Assembly (NCBI GenBank): GCA_905178155.1
Contig: CAJINV010000001.1
Location: 7,410,612 to 7,474,611 of the forward strand
Direction: 5' to 3'
Source of the DNA: Amoebophrya sp. A120
Lineage: Eukaryota > Protista > Dinoflagellata
Length of the DNA stretch: 64,000 bases
Shown here: positions 63,301-64,000 of the stretch, piece after piece
Position numbering within the stretch: position 1 is the stretch's first letter
How the letters are laid out: every line of letters starts with the position of its first letter
Translations under genes and position numbers: made by a program
The notes under the pieces: generated by a model
Databases searched by the model: none
What the model was told of the DNA's origin: nothing
The model's input: only the letters and a program-made list of their open reading frames with translations

Positions 63301-64000
63301 GCTGCATTGCAAATTTGCCCGTCAGATCTGGCGAGTTCCTGTTCCCGATTCGCGCTGCAGGATGGCCACTTTCGACGAAAGTGGCATCTTGCAGCGCAAA
63401 TTGCAGACGCCCAGGAGAGAGCCATCGCGAGTCCATTTGCAGTGCGATTTCGCACTGCAAATCGACTCGCCCCGCGGAAGCCCGGCTGCAACGGACGGGC
63501 ATTCCGTTTTTCGCGTTTTCAGCTCGATTTCCAGGCGATTCGTTTCAGTCTTCCGTTTCACCCCTGACAGGGTGAAACGGGTAACTGAAACGGATAGCTG
63601 GGACGGTTTTCATTTTTTTTGAAAATATTCGGGGAAAAAAACTGGCCGTCCGGCGCGCGAGAGTGCGCAAAATTGCAGCTCAAGCTCCGTTGTGGGGCTT
63701 GAGCTGCAATTTTGCGCTCTTGGCGGCTTGCTTCCTCCAAAGCACAAACTTGCGCTGCGCAGCGCAGATTTGTGCCACGCGCGCCACAAATCCGGCCGGC
63801 ACGGAGCAAGTGCGACTAGAAATGCACTGGCAAGGCAAATTCTGCCTTCTCAGTGAAATTCTCGCTGGAGGCGCGCTGGTGTCGCAAGCTAAAAGAGCGC
63901 GGGCAAGTATTGAAATAACTTAAACCAATACTAATGGTCTTCGTTGTTTCAATACTTGCGCGGGTTCGGCTTGTCTCTGAGGCGGTGCCATCAACTTGGC
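60351..64000. repeat. 3,215-bp period non-coding repeat: one unit plus the start of the next, modular and rich in internal sub-repeats
   Basis: 60351-60785 recurs at 63565-64000 with high identity. It could be a tandem macro-repeat or the direct termini of an element, and the window edge prevents distinguishing these. Confidence 0.85.
60691..63932. other. Six 27-bp palindromic sites AGTATT-N15-AATACT at 60691, 61249, 61489, 62230, 62581 and 63906
   Basis: Identical 6-bp outer arms and identical length. The 62581 site is a perfect 12-3-12 palindrome (AGTATTGATTTA GGT TAAATCAATACT). Confidence 0.85.

Noticed and set aside
60351-64000. CRISPR array or protein-coding genes in the terminal repeat region
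   Set aside because: Spacing between palindromic sites is 200-1,300 bp and irregular, there are no cas genes, and the ORFs are Cys/Arg-rich noise on both strands.

Overview
Eukaryotic genomic DNA, most consistent with an alveolate of the Amoebophrya/Syndiniales type. This is inferred from a DrpB/DYN1-type dynamin, strict co-orientation of every gene on the minus strand, and abundant non-GT-AG introns that are inverted-repeat elements flanked by short direct repeats. Contents from left to right: (1) two low-complexity hypothetical genes; (2) a small gene whose exon is split by a 1.38-kb hairpin-rich Helentron-like element, with a second copy at 50.1-51.5 kb; (3) a tropomodulin-like LRR gene; (4) a dynamin-related gene with canonical and introner-type introns; (5) a ~32-kb multi-exon locus (about 52850 to 20468) encoding a giant Upf1/IGHMBP2-like SF1B helicase, roughly 7,000 aa by estimate, whose motifs are pulled apart by large insertions (about 3,000 aa inside RecA2); (6) a 5'-deleted Ty1/copia retrotransposon with an intact IN-RT-RNaseH frame and a full 3' LTR; (7) a 3,215-bp non-coding repeat unit divided into modules by recurring 27-bp palindromic sites (AGTATT-N15-AATACT) that resemble recombinase or dimeric-protein binding sites. 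The most notable observations are a TA...TA plus 4-5 bp direct-repeat intron grammar whose removal restores the reading frame wherever it could be tested, including one intron expanded to 2.3 kb by nested insertions, the expanded helicase, and the palindromic-site array. Everything was read by eye and no database searches were run.
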